Both the position numbers and the translations under genes were made by a program. Below, piece by piece: positions 51,604 through 63,173 of a stretch of DNA of 64,000 nucleotides (position 1 is the first letter of the stretch; each line of letters begins with the position of its first letter). The notes under the pieces were generated by a model. The model saw only the letters and a list, made by a program, of their open reading frames with translations, did no database searches and was not told the DNA's origin. The stretch comes from Geosiphon pyriformis uo1 (lineage: Eukaryota; Fungi; Glomeromycota): assembly GCA_016748015.1 (NCBI GenBank), contig JAAOMT010000003.1:1306373-1370372 (forward strand), given 5' to 3'.

Positions 51604-54600
51604 CAATAAACTCTCTTTATAATTACACCTTTTGGTCAACACATTTGTGGTGATTATAGAAAGATAAGACTATAAAAAATGATTAATATCTTATCACATG
51701 ATCTATATATCACATGCATAATATAATAACCAATTATATATATTTTATTTAAAAAAGCTATCTATTTGCAACTGTTTTTCTCTTCTTGAACTTTGAGAAT
51801 AGTATTATGAATTAATGTTCTCAAAGTTTTAAAAAAGTCTGAATCAACTTTTTTATTATACTGCTCTTCACAATAGCACAATGTATCTTCAAGTGCAATT
51901 TTACTTTAATGTGTAGATAGTAAAGGCAAAGGTTCATCTTTATTTTCACTTTCTAAATCTTCATTTGCATTAGAATTTCCACTATATTTGTTGTTAATAA
52001 GATCCACAATTTTATTTTCTGAGACATAAGTGAATAATAGTTTAAACTTGTCAATATTAATGAAGTCTATTGCCAATAGCTTGTCAATATCAATGTGCTC
52101 AATAAGAACTTGTACTTCTTGTAGGAGTTCTTATTCAATATCTAATAGATAAGTTGGCATTTGACTATTATTCAGAATTCTCATATGACACTAACAGTTT
52201 TGGATTGTAGTTGTTGTTACCACTAACCATATATCAATTAGAAAGTCAATCACATCCTTTAATATTACTGTTGATATTAAAATCTTGTTATCATACTAAT
52301 TAATAAGATGGAAAAAAAACAACTTTCGGTATTGTGCCTTAAAAAATGCAATAATTCCTGCATCTAATGATTGCAAATGGGATGTTATATTGGATGGTAG
52401 GTATCTAATCATAATATTAGATAATACAGAAAATTCTCTACCATAGGAACCAGCATTATTAAGCAATCGCAAAATCTTTTTTTTCTTGTGACATATTTCT
52501 TTATTTAATAAATTAAGCCATTTACTAAAAATATTAGTTTGTATCCATGCTTTTGTATTGTAATAATAAGTAATTGGAAATGCATTCATATTAATATTGT
52601 AAAAACATCATGGCTTTGTGGCTTTGCCAATAATTAAAAGCTGCAACTTAATGCTGCCTATTGCATTACAAGCAAGAAATATGGTAATTCAACTCTTATC
52701 ACACTTGGTGCCAGAGATAGATTTTGTTGCTAAAGTTGCATTTGGTGGTATTTTAAAAAATAATGCTGTTTTATTGACATTGTAAACATCATTTAGATCA
52801 TATTTGCTGATAATTTTATGCAGTTTTTCTCATTCTTCTGGTAAAATTTCCAAAAAGGCACTGTTTGCTTCACCATACATCTTAATGTGATACAAATTAT
52901 GACATTTCTTGAACTTTTCTAACCAACTATCTGATGCTTTAAAGTTATTTTCTTTTGGAAACTTTTCAGCAAACTTGAGAGCTTTTGTTTGTAAAAATTT
53001 TCCAGTAAGAATGCAGTTGGTAACTAGTGTTTCAAGCATTTATTCTCTCAGTGCATTATTTATCTTTGGAAACATCTCTTTCCTGCCCTTTGTCAATTGA
53101 CCAGAGTTGCCAAATACATTCTTTTCAATCCATTAGTCTGATTTTGCAAGTATCTTTGTTACAGTGAAACAGTCAACTTTTAGATTAAATATTTTGATAA
53201 GTCTATTTGTTAAGTAGTCAAAATGCTTTAATTTGTACTGGCAGAGAGTCTTTTTAGTCTCCAAGAAAATTGCTGCTCACTTTTGGTTTGCATTTTTTGA
53301 CATATTAATAAGAACACACTTTTTATTGCATTTTGCTTTTATAATGCATTGATGTATCTGTTATGTTTCAAATGTCATTTTGCCTTATATCTAATTGGAC
53401 ATGTGAGGTGTTTCATATCATATGAGGTGCCTTAGATTATAAAAAGCGGCCAAATTATAAAAATAAAAGTTTTAATCCAACTATAGAATTCTAAATGCAA
53501 ATAACAGATTCTTGGTAAAAAAAAACCTAATTTCGATAATGCATCTGCAACACTTTTTGCCTCTTACCCCCAATTAATAATTAATAATAAAAGCTGTCAA
53601 TTTGATCCTCCACATACTTGTATAATCACGTAGAAGATAGCACAATGTCATGTTGTCAAGCCCTCTAAACACAGCAATGCCTATATCAATTGAAATATTG
53701 ATATAAAATACTTTGCACAATATCAGGAATATTAGAGTAAAAGTCAACTGCAGTTTTTTAAAAAATGGCTTAATTATCATAAGTCATGGAATTTGATATG
53801 TAATATATATAGGCATACAATGGCTTCTAAATTAATGTGGCCATATGTTGTTTCTAAGGAAAATTCATCTGTTAAAGGTTACTTAAAATGAGCCCAAAAT
53901 AAAACAGATCCCATGTTCAGGTTAAAGTATGAACAAATCTTTTTTTATTTACAAGCAATTATTAACTTTTGCACTGGAGCTTGTTTCAATAGGTTTTCAT
54001 TAAGACTTATGGCTAGACAAATGTTTGCATCAATTTGGTCTGCTTAGTACCATCCTATTTACCAATTAATTGAAATTGCTAATAAAGAACAATAGCTACA
54101 ATTGAAGCCTGAAGTTTGCAAGCTGATTCAAGAAAAAATTGTAATTTCTCGATCTAAACTTTCAAATTAACATCAAGACCATAATGCAATACTTGAAAAA
54201 ATTAACAAAATGCTCAAATCATTAATTTTTTCTATATCTTTACAACAGCATTGGAAAATTGCAATACATAACTATATCAAATTTGAAAGATTGTGTACTA
54301 ACTTCTTTAATGTCATCAGATATTCTAAAAGTGAAATATACAGGTCTCGTACACATCCTAGTTTTATTGCTGAATCAAATCAATTTCGAGTTTAGATAAG
54401 AAAGACACAGTTTGTAAATCCAAATGTCTCTAATCATGTTTTTTATGATATTGGCTATAAATAAATATTAAGCGAAGAAATGAAAAAATTCAGTAAAATT
54501 ACATGAATGAAAAGAATAGACTTTTTTAAAACAAGGTGAATTAAGAAAACATTGTTAGGTACTTGGAAACCAATTTCAGTAATAAGTGAAGAAGCAGATC

Positions 54601-55870
54601 ATCAAAAAATATAAATCTGTTAATAAAATCACAACTATTACCTATTATTAACTCTTTAATACCTCTTTTAAGTAATTATGTTTTCGAAGCTTATCAAGTT
54701 AATTGTGTGACAGCCTAATAAATATTCTTTAAGAAGTTAGAAATATATTGTATTGTGTACAGTTTTGTTTACCTTGGATTGGGTGCATTACCATTTATAA
54801 TTGGCATTTTTAAAACATGATATGTTGAGTCTAGGTCCGAATTTCCATTCTGTATGATTATGTTTGGATTATGAAAAGCATTCAATATGGATTTATTTGC
54901 TCCAAAAAAGTTGATTTTTAATACATCTTTAAAATTATCAGTCAAACTTTTACTTGCTAATACTAAATATTGGTCAAATGATAAATATAATTGCTAGTAT
55001 GGAGCTCTTTTTTAATTGCAAATGCCAAAGTTGGTGTGAAAATATATTTATTGGATATATATCAGAATTCTCATGCTCTGAGTTTTATTACTGGTCACAT
55101 TTTTTTTCCTAAAAAAAGGTAAATTTGAACTCTGTTTCCAGTTGATTTACTTGAGCAATGTCCCATTAACAAACTTGTTCCCAGAAGATTCTATTGGGCC
55201 ATTATTCTTGCTTGTAAGTCTGTTAATTCCTTCTCCCAATATGGAGAAAAAGTAATTTTATTAGCCAAAGTTTGATCCAAAGTAACTTCATCAATACTTG
55301 CAACAACAGTCTCCAAAACACTACCAATCTTTGAAGCACTACCAGTCTCCAAAGCACTAAGAGCAGCAGTACTGTACCATATGTCAACTATTATTAAAAC
55401 TTTTATAATATCCGCAAACAACAAGCTAGATATAATAGTTCTGTTATTGTCTTCTGATGGTGGTAGCAGCTTATAAAAAAGAAGAGTAATTGAATGTTGT
55501 AATATTTCAAAAATTTTGTTTAGTGTTCTACAATCATTTCCAGAAACTTCTCTAATTTTTTTTATTACCATAAAAAGAATAATTTTCATTAACAAATTGG
55601 GAAATTTCTCTGACTGTACATGTCTGATTAAATATGAAATGACATTTGATGTTCATATCTAATATCATATAATTATAGTGTGACTATAGAGAGTAGAAAT
55701 TACTTATATTCTGCTATTATATTTGTGGAAATAGAGACTATAAGGAGATATATATAGTAAAAGTGACTATAAAGAGATAATATTATATATAAATGGTTTT
55801 GGTTTTTAAAAAAATGTGATTATAAGAAGATAGTAACTATAACCAAAGGGACTATAGAGAAAGTTTACTG
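51604..55870 (-). mobile_element. pogo/Tigger (Tc1-mariner superfamily) DNA transposon, ~4.27 kb, TA TSD
   Basis: TIRs CAATAAACTCTCTTTATAAT (left) and CAGTAAACTTTCTCTATAGT (right, reverse complement); TA at 51602-51603 and 55871-55872. Confidence 0.85.
51745..53303 (-). pseudogene. pogo/Tigger transposase (CENP-B-type HTH + DDE_1), disrupted
   Basis: LQTKALKFA..FKASDSWLEKFKKCH..GEANS; YYYNTKAWIQTNIF.KWL; LLNNAGSY; YLPSNITSHLQSLDAGII..FK..YR; C-terminal PIP-like KQLQIDSFFK*. Confidence 0.9.
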
Positions 55871-56666
55871 TATAATAATAGTAATAGAAACAAAAAAAAG
55901 AAAATCCTTAGTTTAGAATTTCTAGTTCTAATTCCTTATTCATTTCTTTATATAATAATATTTTATAACTTGAAATGAAAACATCAAATATAAATAAAAT
56001 ACTTATTACTTTTACAATCCATTTTTTTATTATCAACAATTTATGTTAATACTTGCTATTACATAAATACATTGGACCAATAACTTTTGATTATGACTAT
56101 TAACAAGATACTAACTCTTTCTTGTCTTGGCTTATTTTCTTTATTTTTATTTATTTATTTTATTTCTTTTTTTGTTGTTATTTATTAATTGATTTGAAGG
56201 ATTAAGCAGTAATTAAATTGATATTAAGGATAATCTAATAAAAGACCCCCCAAAAAAAGTATAGAGTTAAAAGATTTACAGATAACTTACCAAAAAAGCA
56301 CAACTGCCAGAATAAACTGACCACCATACTAAAAACAGAAATTAAACAGAATTGTGATTCTAAAAGAATATTAAACAATACTTGAATTTCTGTTTATTAT
56401 ATAAAAAACTCCAACCAAAATCTTTAAATCACAAAAATCTTCAGATATTACCAATCAATCAGCTATTGAGCACTAAGTTATAGGTTTGTTATTTGTTTTC
56501 AAATCTCAAATAATCATCTATAACAATGTAAAGTTAGTATTAAAATACAATATAAAACTTTTTTATATGAAGTTTGCTTTTTAAGAGTCTTTAAAAACTA
56601 CTTTTTTGGTTGAATTTACAAATTTTGTTTTTTTGACTATTTTTAAAATTGCCAAATCTTTGGTGG

Positions 56667-57225
56667 TGTTACGGGATGGTTTTCTTGTTATATTTAATTG
56701 CTGATATCCCGCTTTAATTGCAATTAGTCTTTCGTGAGTTCCTCAATTCTATTTGTGTAATAATGTCACTGTTACACTGAAGGCTTTCTTTTTTTACTGT
56801 TGTGATGTAAGTTATTCTTTAATTCTTGATTGTTGTGTGTGTTTATGTACTTCTTCTCAGAGGCTGAACTGAAATCTACCTACTGTCTGGGGTCTTCTCT
56901 GAGGCTATTCTTGCAATTGCCTGATGTGTTTCTCTAATCTAGAAACACAGAATGTTAATGGTCTTTAGTGCTTTTCTAATTCTCACAATAAAGCTTTTAT
57001 CAATTAGTAACAACGTGAATAATCTTAATCAAGGATTATTCTTCCAAGGGATTCAGTTGATGAATGATAGTTTCATTCAATAAATAATACAAGTAAGTTT
57101 CTTAATACTTTGGGTTGTGATAGTTCCATTTTAAATATTCTNNNNNNNNNNNNNNNNNNNNTATTATGATTGAATAGTTTGTATTATTTTTATGATTCTT
57201 TTTGCTAAATTCTTAAACTGTAACA
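56667..57225 (-). mobile_element. 3' LTR of the Ty3/Gypsy element (TGTTACAG..CCCGTAACA), preceded by a polypurine tract
   Basis: TGTTAC/GTAACA inverted ends; PPT GAAAGGAGGGGATAA at 57226-57240 on the minus strand. Confidence 0.85.
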
Positions 57226-57238
57226 TTATCCCCTCCTT

Positions 57239-57745
57239 TCAAGATTGAGCTCCGTCGAAATCGAAGTTAATTTCTTCATTAAATTTTAAGTTACTATAGT
57301 GGTTCAATACTGTGTTATTAATTTGTTGTTGTAATTCTTGAAATTGCAAGTTGGTAAGTCGTCCAATACTGTTGGTTGTTATTATGTTCATGGTTGGGTC
57401 CAACAATAATTTGTGACAGTTTTCAAATGCTTTGAAAATTCTGTAAACTGTTTTTGAATGGAATGTAGTGTTGGTTTTTTCAATGAAAGATTCTAATAGT
57501 TGGATAGTTGTTTTGTCAAACACTCTAGTTGAGTCTTTTGAGTATAATGTTTGTATGTTCAAGTGCTTTCCTAGTTGATAATAACAGTAATTAATTGGAA
57601 ATTTCGTTTTCAAGTTGCTAAATGTGTCTGGTGTTAATTCACTTATTTCTATTTCTTCCATTATTAATGTATTGCCCAATGCTATCTCTAATTTTTCAAT
57701 AACTTTGCTAATAAATTTGTTGTTATATTTGGCAATATTATATGA
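57239..57745 (-). CDS. Extra ORF downstream of integrase (>=168 codons; 5' end in gap), unknown function
   Basis: The frame of ORF 57239..57679 stays open up to the N gap at 57745; its TGA abuts the PPT. Confidence 0.55.
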   Translation of the reverse strand, partial: SYNIAKYNNKFISKVIEKLEIALGNTLIMEEIEISELTPDTFSNLKTKFPINYCYYQLGKHLNIQTLYSKDSTRVFDKTTIQLLESFIEKTNTTFHSKTVYRIFKAFENCHKLLLDPTMNIITTNSIGRLTNLQFQELQQQINNTVLNHYSNLKFNEEINFDFDGAQS

Positions 57746-58543
57746 NNNNNNNNNNNNNNNNNNNNNNNNNNNNNNNNNNNNNNNNNNNNNNNNNNNNNNN
57801 NNNNNNNNNNNNNNNNNNNNNNNNNNNNNNNNNNNNNNNNNNNNNNNNNNNNNNNNNNNNNNNNNNNNNNNNNNNNNNNNNNNNNNNNNNNNNNNNNNNN
57901 NNNNNNNNNNNNNNNNNNNNNNNNNNNNNNNNNNNNNNNNNNNNNNNNNNNNNNNNNNNNNNNNNNNNNNNNNNNNNNNNNNNNNNNNNNNNNNNNNNNN
58001 NNNNNNNNNNNNNNNNNNNNNNNNNNNNNNNNNNNNNNNNNNNNNNNNNNNNNNNNNNNNNNNNNNNNNNNNNNNNNNNNNNNNNNNNNNNNNNNNNNNN
58101 NNNNNNNNNNNNNNNNNNNNNNNNNNNNNNNNNNNNNNNNNNNNNNNNNNNNNNNNNNNNNNNNNNNNNNNNNNNNNNNNNNNNNNNNNNNNNNNNNNNN
58201 NNNNNNNNNNNNNNNNNNNNNNNNNNNNNNNNNNNNNNNNNNNNNNNNNNNNNNNNNNNNNNNNNNNNNNNNNNNNNNNNNNNNNNNNNNNNNNNNNNNN
58301 NNNNNNNNNNNNNNNNNNNNNNNNNNNNNNNNNNNNNNNNNNNNNNNNNNNNNNNNNNNNNNNNNNNNNNNNNNNNNNNNNNNNNNNNNNNNNNNNNNNN
58401 NNNNNNNNNNNNNNNNNNNNNNNNNNNNNNNNNNNNNNNNNNNNNNNNNNNNNNNNNNNNNNNNNNNNNNNNNNNNNNNNNNNNNNNNNNNNNNNNNNNN
58501 NNNNNNNNNNNNNNNNNNNNNNNNNNNNNNNNNNNNNNNNNNN

Positions 58544-59703
58544 TTTCTTAATATTTTATCATCTAGTCTTAGCTTGTATGCTCCATTTCCAAGTATTTCG
58601 TGAATATAAAATAGTCCATCCCACTTGTGATCAAATTTTTTACTCCATTGTTTTTCCATTTTTGTACGATGCAACAATACTTTAACTCCAATTTTGTAGT
58701 TAATTATATTATCTGGTAACTGGTTATCATGTCTCACTTTTTGTTGTTCTTGTGATTGTTCAATATTTTGTGCTGCTTTTCTTCTTTTGTTTTCTAAAGT
58801 TCCCATTAATTCGTATGTTCTTCTAAGTAGTGTTTCCTGGAATGTTGCTTCCGTGATAGTGTCACTTAAATAAGTTGGGATAGTAAGTTCAACGGGTAAT
58901 GTGGCTTTTCTTCCATAAACTAGTTCAAACGGTGTGAATTGTGTAGTATCTTGTTTTACTGTTCTATATGCTAGTAGTACTGCTGGTATGAACAAATCCC
59001 ATTCTTTTTCATGTTCATTACTAATTTTCGCCAGTGATTCGCATAATATGCAATTAAATCTTTCAACTAATCCATTTGTTTGAGGGTGGTATAGTGATGA
59101 CAGTGGTCGCTTGATTCCAAATTTTTGGCTAAGTTCTTTTAAGGTGCTGTTTACGAAGTGTGTGCCTTGATCTGATAGCAATTCTTGTGGACATCCATGT
59201 CGGCAAATTAAGTCTTCATGTACAAATTGAGCTACGGAAATAGCATCAGCTATTTTAATAGCTCTAACTTCTGGCCATTTGGTGAGATAGTCCATGGCTA
59301 CTGCAATATAATGGTTGTTTCTTGTTGTTATTGGTAAGAGTCCAACTAAATCAATTCCGATTCTGTCAAATAGCTGTCCAACTTTTATTGGTCTTAATAA
59401 TTCCGTTGTTTTTGCTCCTCCTCTTCATTGGCATGGGTCACAATTTCTTATGTATTGGATTATGTCTGAACTCATTTTTGGCCAATAGTAACGGCTAATT
59501 GCACGTTGGATGGTTGCTGTTTTTCCAAAGTGGCCTGAATGAATATCTGAGTGCATGTTAAATAAGATAGTTTCTTTTTCATCCATGGTTATAACTCTTA
59601 ATGGATTATCTGGATTTTGTCGATTCCGGTAATAAAGTATGTGATTTTGGATAAAATAGTGTTTTGCTAATTTTTGGAGCTTAATTAGCTCTTTTACTGG
59701 CAT
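58544..59703 (-). pseudogene. Gypsy integrase (H2C2 zinc finger, rve core, GPY/F-like C-terminus), one premature TGA
   Basis: HSDIHSGHFG..YYWPKM..CDPCQ*; DRIGIDLVG; DYLTKWPE; SDQGTHF; YHPQTNGLVERFN; TPFELVYGR; KWDGLF. Confidence 0.95.
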
Positions 59704-59784
59704 TTCTTCGTGTTTCTAAGTATTGGCTAAGGTTTTTGTAAAGATGGTTGTTCATTGTTGTTGTGGTGGGTGGGTTGGTGATTT

Positions 59785-60420
59785 TTATGTGTGTCTCATT
59801 CTTGACAAACAGTTGGCATTAGCATTTTTGGTACCTTCTTTGTATTTGATAATATAATCGTATAGTGCTAACGTTTGTGACCATCTGGTGTATTTTCCTT
59901 TTAGCGCTTTCTTGTTATTTAACCAGACCAGACCTCTATGATCTGTTGTAATCTCAAAGGGTTGGTACTGTAAATATGTGTCAAAGTGAACACAACTCCA
60001 GACTACTGCTAAGCATTCAAGTTCATGTGCTGCGTAGTTTTGTTCTGCTGTACTGAGATTTCTGCTGGCATAAGTGATTACACGTTCTCTTCCATTATCA
60101 TCTTTTTGTGACAGAATGGCTCCAAGTCCAGTTCCAGAGGCATCTGTGGCCAAAATGAATTTCTTGTTGAAATTCGGATAGATTATTATTGGTGATTCAA
60201 TGAGCTTTTGTCTAAGGTACTCAAAAGCTTTTTGTTGTGCTTCAGTCCATTCAAATTTTACATTTTTAGATAGTAGGTAATTAAGGGGTTTGGTGATGTT
60301 TGAAAAGTTTTCTACAAAGCAGCGGTAATAAGATGCGAGTCCTAAAAAGCTTCTAACTTCTGAAACGTTTCGAGGTACTGGAAAATTTTTCACTTTGTCT
60401 ATTTTTGATGGATCTGGTTT
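59785..60420 (-). CDS. Gypsy RT thumb/connection and RNase H
   Basis: VRSFLGLASYYR, FILATDASGTGLGAILSQ, NYAAHELECLAVVW, TDHRGL and NANANCLSR. Confidence 0.95.
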   Translation of the reverse strand, partial: KPDPSKIDKVKNFPVPRNVSEVRSFLGLASYYRCFVENFSNITKPLNYLLSKNVKFEWTEAQQKAFEYLRQKLIESPIIIYPNFNKKFILATDASGTGLGAILSQKDDNGRERVITYASRNLSTAEQNYAAHELECLAVVWSCVHFDTYLQYQPFEITTDHRGLVWLNNKKALKGKYTRWSQTLALYDYIIKYKEGTKNANANCLSRMRHT

Positions 60421-60989
60421 NNNNNNNNNNNNNNNNNNNNNNNNNNNNNNNNNNNNNNNNNNNNNNNNNNNNNNNNNNNNNNNNNNNNNNNNNNNNNNNN
60501 NNNNNNNNNNNNNNNNNNNNNNNNNNNNNNNNNNNNNNNNNNNNNNNNNNNNNNNNNNNNNNNNNNNNNNNNNNNNNNNNNNNNNNNNNNNNNNNNNNNN
60601 NNNNNNNNNNNNNNNNNNNNNNNNNNNNNNNNNNNNNNNNNNNNNNNNNNNNNNNNNNNNNNNNNNNNNNNNNNNNNNNNNNNNNNNNNNNNNNNNNNNN
60701 NNNNNNNNNNNNNNNNNNNNNNNNNNNNNNNNNNNNNNNNNNNNNNNNNNNNNNNNNNNNNNNNNNNNNNNNNNNNNNNNNNNNNNNNNNNNNNNNNNNN
60801 NNNNNNNNNNNNNNNNNNNNNNNNNNNNNNNNNNNNNNNNNNNNNNNNNNNNNNNNNNNNNNNNNNNNNNNNNNNNNNNNNNNNNNNNNNNNNNNNNNNN
60901 NNNNNNNNNNNNNNNNNNNNNNNNNNNNNNNNNNNNNNNNNNNNNNNNNNNNNNNNNATTGTTTCAGTGGAATTCGCTTCAATTCCTTT

Positions 60990-61400
60990 TCCTGTCGATC
61001 CGAAACCAAAAGTTCCTCTCGTTGTTTGTGACAATTCCTCACGATTTTCTACTGGCACGAATTTCCCAATTTTTACCAATGGTAGGAAAATTGCTTGTGC
61101 AATCTTTTCCTTAGATTCAATGGTATAAGGCTTTTTTGAATTGTTCTGTAGTAAAACCATCAAATTTCCAGTGTATCCAGAGTCAATTACTCCTCCTTGA
61201 ATGCTTATTCTTTTTTTCGCGAGGCTTGATCGCGATGCCATTTGAACCATTATTCCTGGCGGAATTTCAACCGCTATTTTTAGGTCAATTTTGGTGATGC
61301 TCCTGGGTGGTAACATTGTGGATTGGTCTTTCAGATAACGTAGATCGAATCCGGCATCAGTTGGATGGACTCTTTTGGATATTATTCCTAAGTGCCCATT
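60990..61400 (-). CDS. dUTPase domain within Gypsy pol
   Basis: All five trimeric dUTPase motifs are present: AGFDL, ASRSSLA, GGVIDSGYTG, IAQAI and RGTFGFGSTG. Confidence 0.95.
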
Positions 61401-62749
61401 GTCGAAATATCGGATGTCGGTCATCTGTTCTAGGTCAGTATAGGCTACAAATTTTTCTGACTTGGGACCGTCAGGTGAGTCTTGTTGATTTATTGATTGA
61501 TTTTGAGACTGCTGATTCTCAATTTCCATTTTTTTTTCTAAGTCCCTTTCGTCTTGACACTCTTCACAGCACTGATTTTGGCACGGGATGAGACAGTTTT
61601 CACAGAGGTAAGTGTTGATTTGGGCGAAGTATTGTTCTTGCTCTTGTCGAGTGGGGCATAGTTGTTGGTAGTAGTCCTGGAATTTGTCCACTGGGTCGAA
61701 CATGTTGTAGCTGGCAACTTCGTCAGCTATTTTGGCTGACTCTTTCCAATGTCGTATTTCTTCGGCGGTTCCTCCTCTTACTTTGGCTTGTGTGGTGTTG
61801 TACAACTCATCCTCGTCGTGTGGGTAGTGCTGTAGTCTTTTTAATGCTCTGTTGAATGCTGCTTCGAATGGCGTTCCTCCTCTTACCCAGTCACAGATAA
61901 GGATTGTGTATTGGCAAGTTGCGTTACACGTTCTTCCTCTGCCTGGTAAGTCGTTCCAGTTGCACCCTCTTGATAACGGTTCTCCACAAGCGAGGCACGG
62001 TTTCTCGTCTCATTTTCTGTGTCTTTCTGGGTAACCATATTTTTCTTTATTACAATGATTACAATAGTAGTGGGTGAGGTTTCTTGGGTCTTCGTCCGGT
62101 GCGCTGCACGCAGTTATAGATGAGAGTTTCTTCTTGCAAACTGAGCATTCTAGCTTTGGTCTGCATTGCTAGTGGTTTCTTCGTGAACTTATCTGGTTTC
62201 ATTCGGATCTTTCTTCGCTGGTCCACGTTGGTACGGCTGGTAGTCCTGTTCTTTGGTCATCAGCCCAAGAGAGCTGATAGGTTTCGATGGCTGGTAGTGC
62301 TGGATTTTCCTCAAATTCGAAGGTAGGTCTTTGGTTGGCACTGGGTTTTTGGAAGTGGCCACAGGTGGCTGGAATTTTGGCCTGGTGGCCATTATAATTG
62401 ATCAGAAGCTCTTGGGTGGTCCAGTCTANNNNNNNNNNNNNNNNNNNNNNNNNNNNNNNNNNNNNNNNNNNNNNNNNNNNNNNNNNNNNNNNNNNNNNNN
62501 NNNNNNNNNNNNNNNNNNNNNNNNNNNNNNNNNNNNNNNNNNNNNNNNNNNNNNNNNGTAGTCCTGTTCTTTGGTCATCAGCCCAAGAGAGCTGATAGGT
62601 TTCGATGGCTGGTAGTGCTGGATTTTCCTCAAATTCGAAGGTAGGTCTTTGGTTGGCACTGGGTTTTTGGAAGTGGCCACAGGTGGCTGGAATTTTGGCC
62701 TGGTGGCCATTATAATTGATCAGAAGCTCTTGGGTGGTCCAGTCTAGAG

Positions 62750-63060
62750 TGGCATTGGCTTTTGTTAGCCAGTCATTCCCTACTAATGCTTGATATTGTG
62801 TAGTGTCCATTACTAATACTTTTGTAGGTATTACTATGCCGTTAATTTCGAAAGGGAATGAGTCAATTTTGCCATGAGGCAGCTTTGTACTTCCATTGGC
62901 TGTTATGATTTGGAATGTCGCAGCACGATCAACTTTGAAACCCAGTTGGTTTACTAGTTGAAGTGTTACGATGCTTCCAGCGGATCCGCTGTCTAAGATA
63001 AGTTTGATTGGGGTATTGTTTACAATGGCTTTCGTATACATAGCAGTGATTGGGCGTTTT
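62750..63060 (-). CDS. Retropepsin aspartic protease domain
   Basis: LILDSGSAGSIV..IITANGS..ALVGNDWL. Confidence 0.9.
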
Positions 63061-63173
63061 TCATCCAATGCTGCTTCACTGAACATAGCCTCGTTTTTCT
63101 CTAATTCAAAAGGAAAAATAGCTGTGAGGCTGCTATCTTCGGTGGCAACTGCTGGTGGTATTGTCTGGCTCAA

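Larger units (their letters stand above)
51367..56525. mobile_element. Solo LTR (~890 bp: 51367-51603 + 55873-56525) interrupted by a pogo element; 4-bp TSD ATGT
   Basis: TGTTAC..ATAACA termini; ATGT at 51363-51366 and 56526-56529; homologous to 31999-32795. Confidence 0.75.

Noticed and set aside
57615-61805. Long ORFs full of X spanning the N runs
   Set aside because: The apparent length comes from gaps; only the flanking real sequence was interpreted.
62238-62746. Exact ~190-bp direct duplication flanking an N gap in Gypsy pol
   Set aside because: Identical sequence on both sides of a scaffold gap indicates unmerged contig overlap, an assembly artefact.
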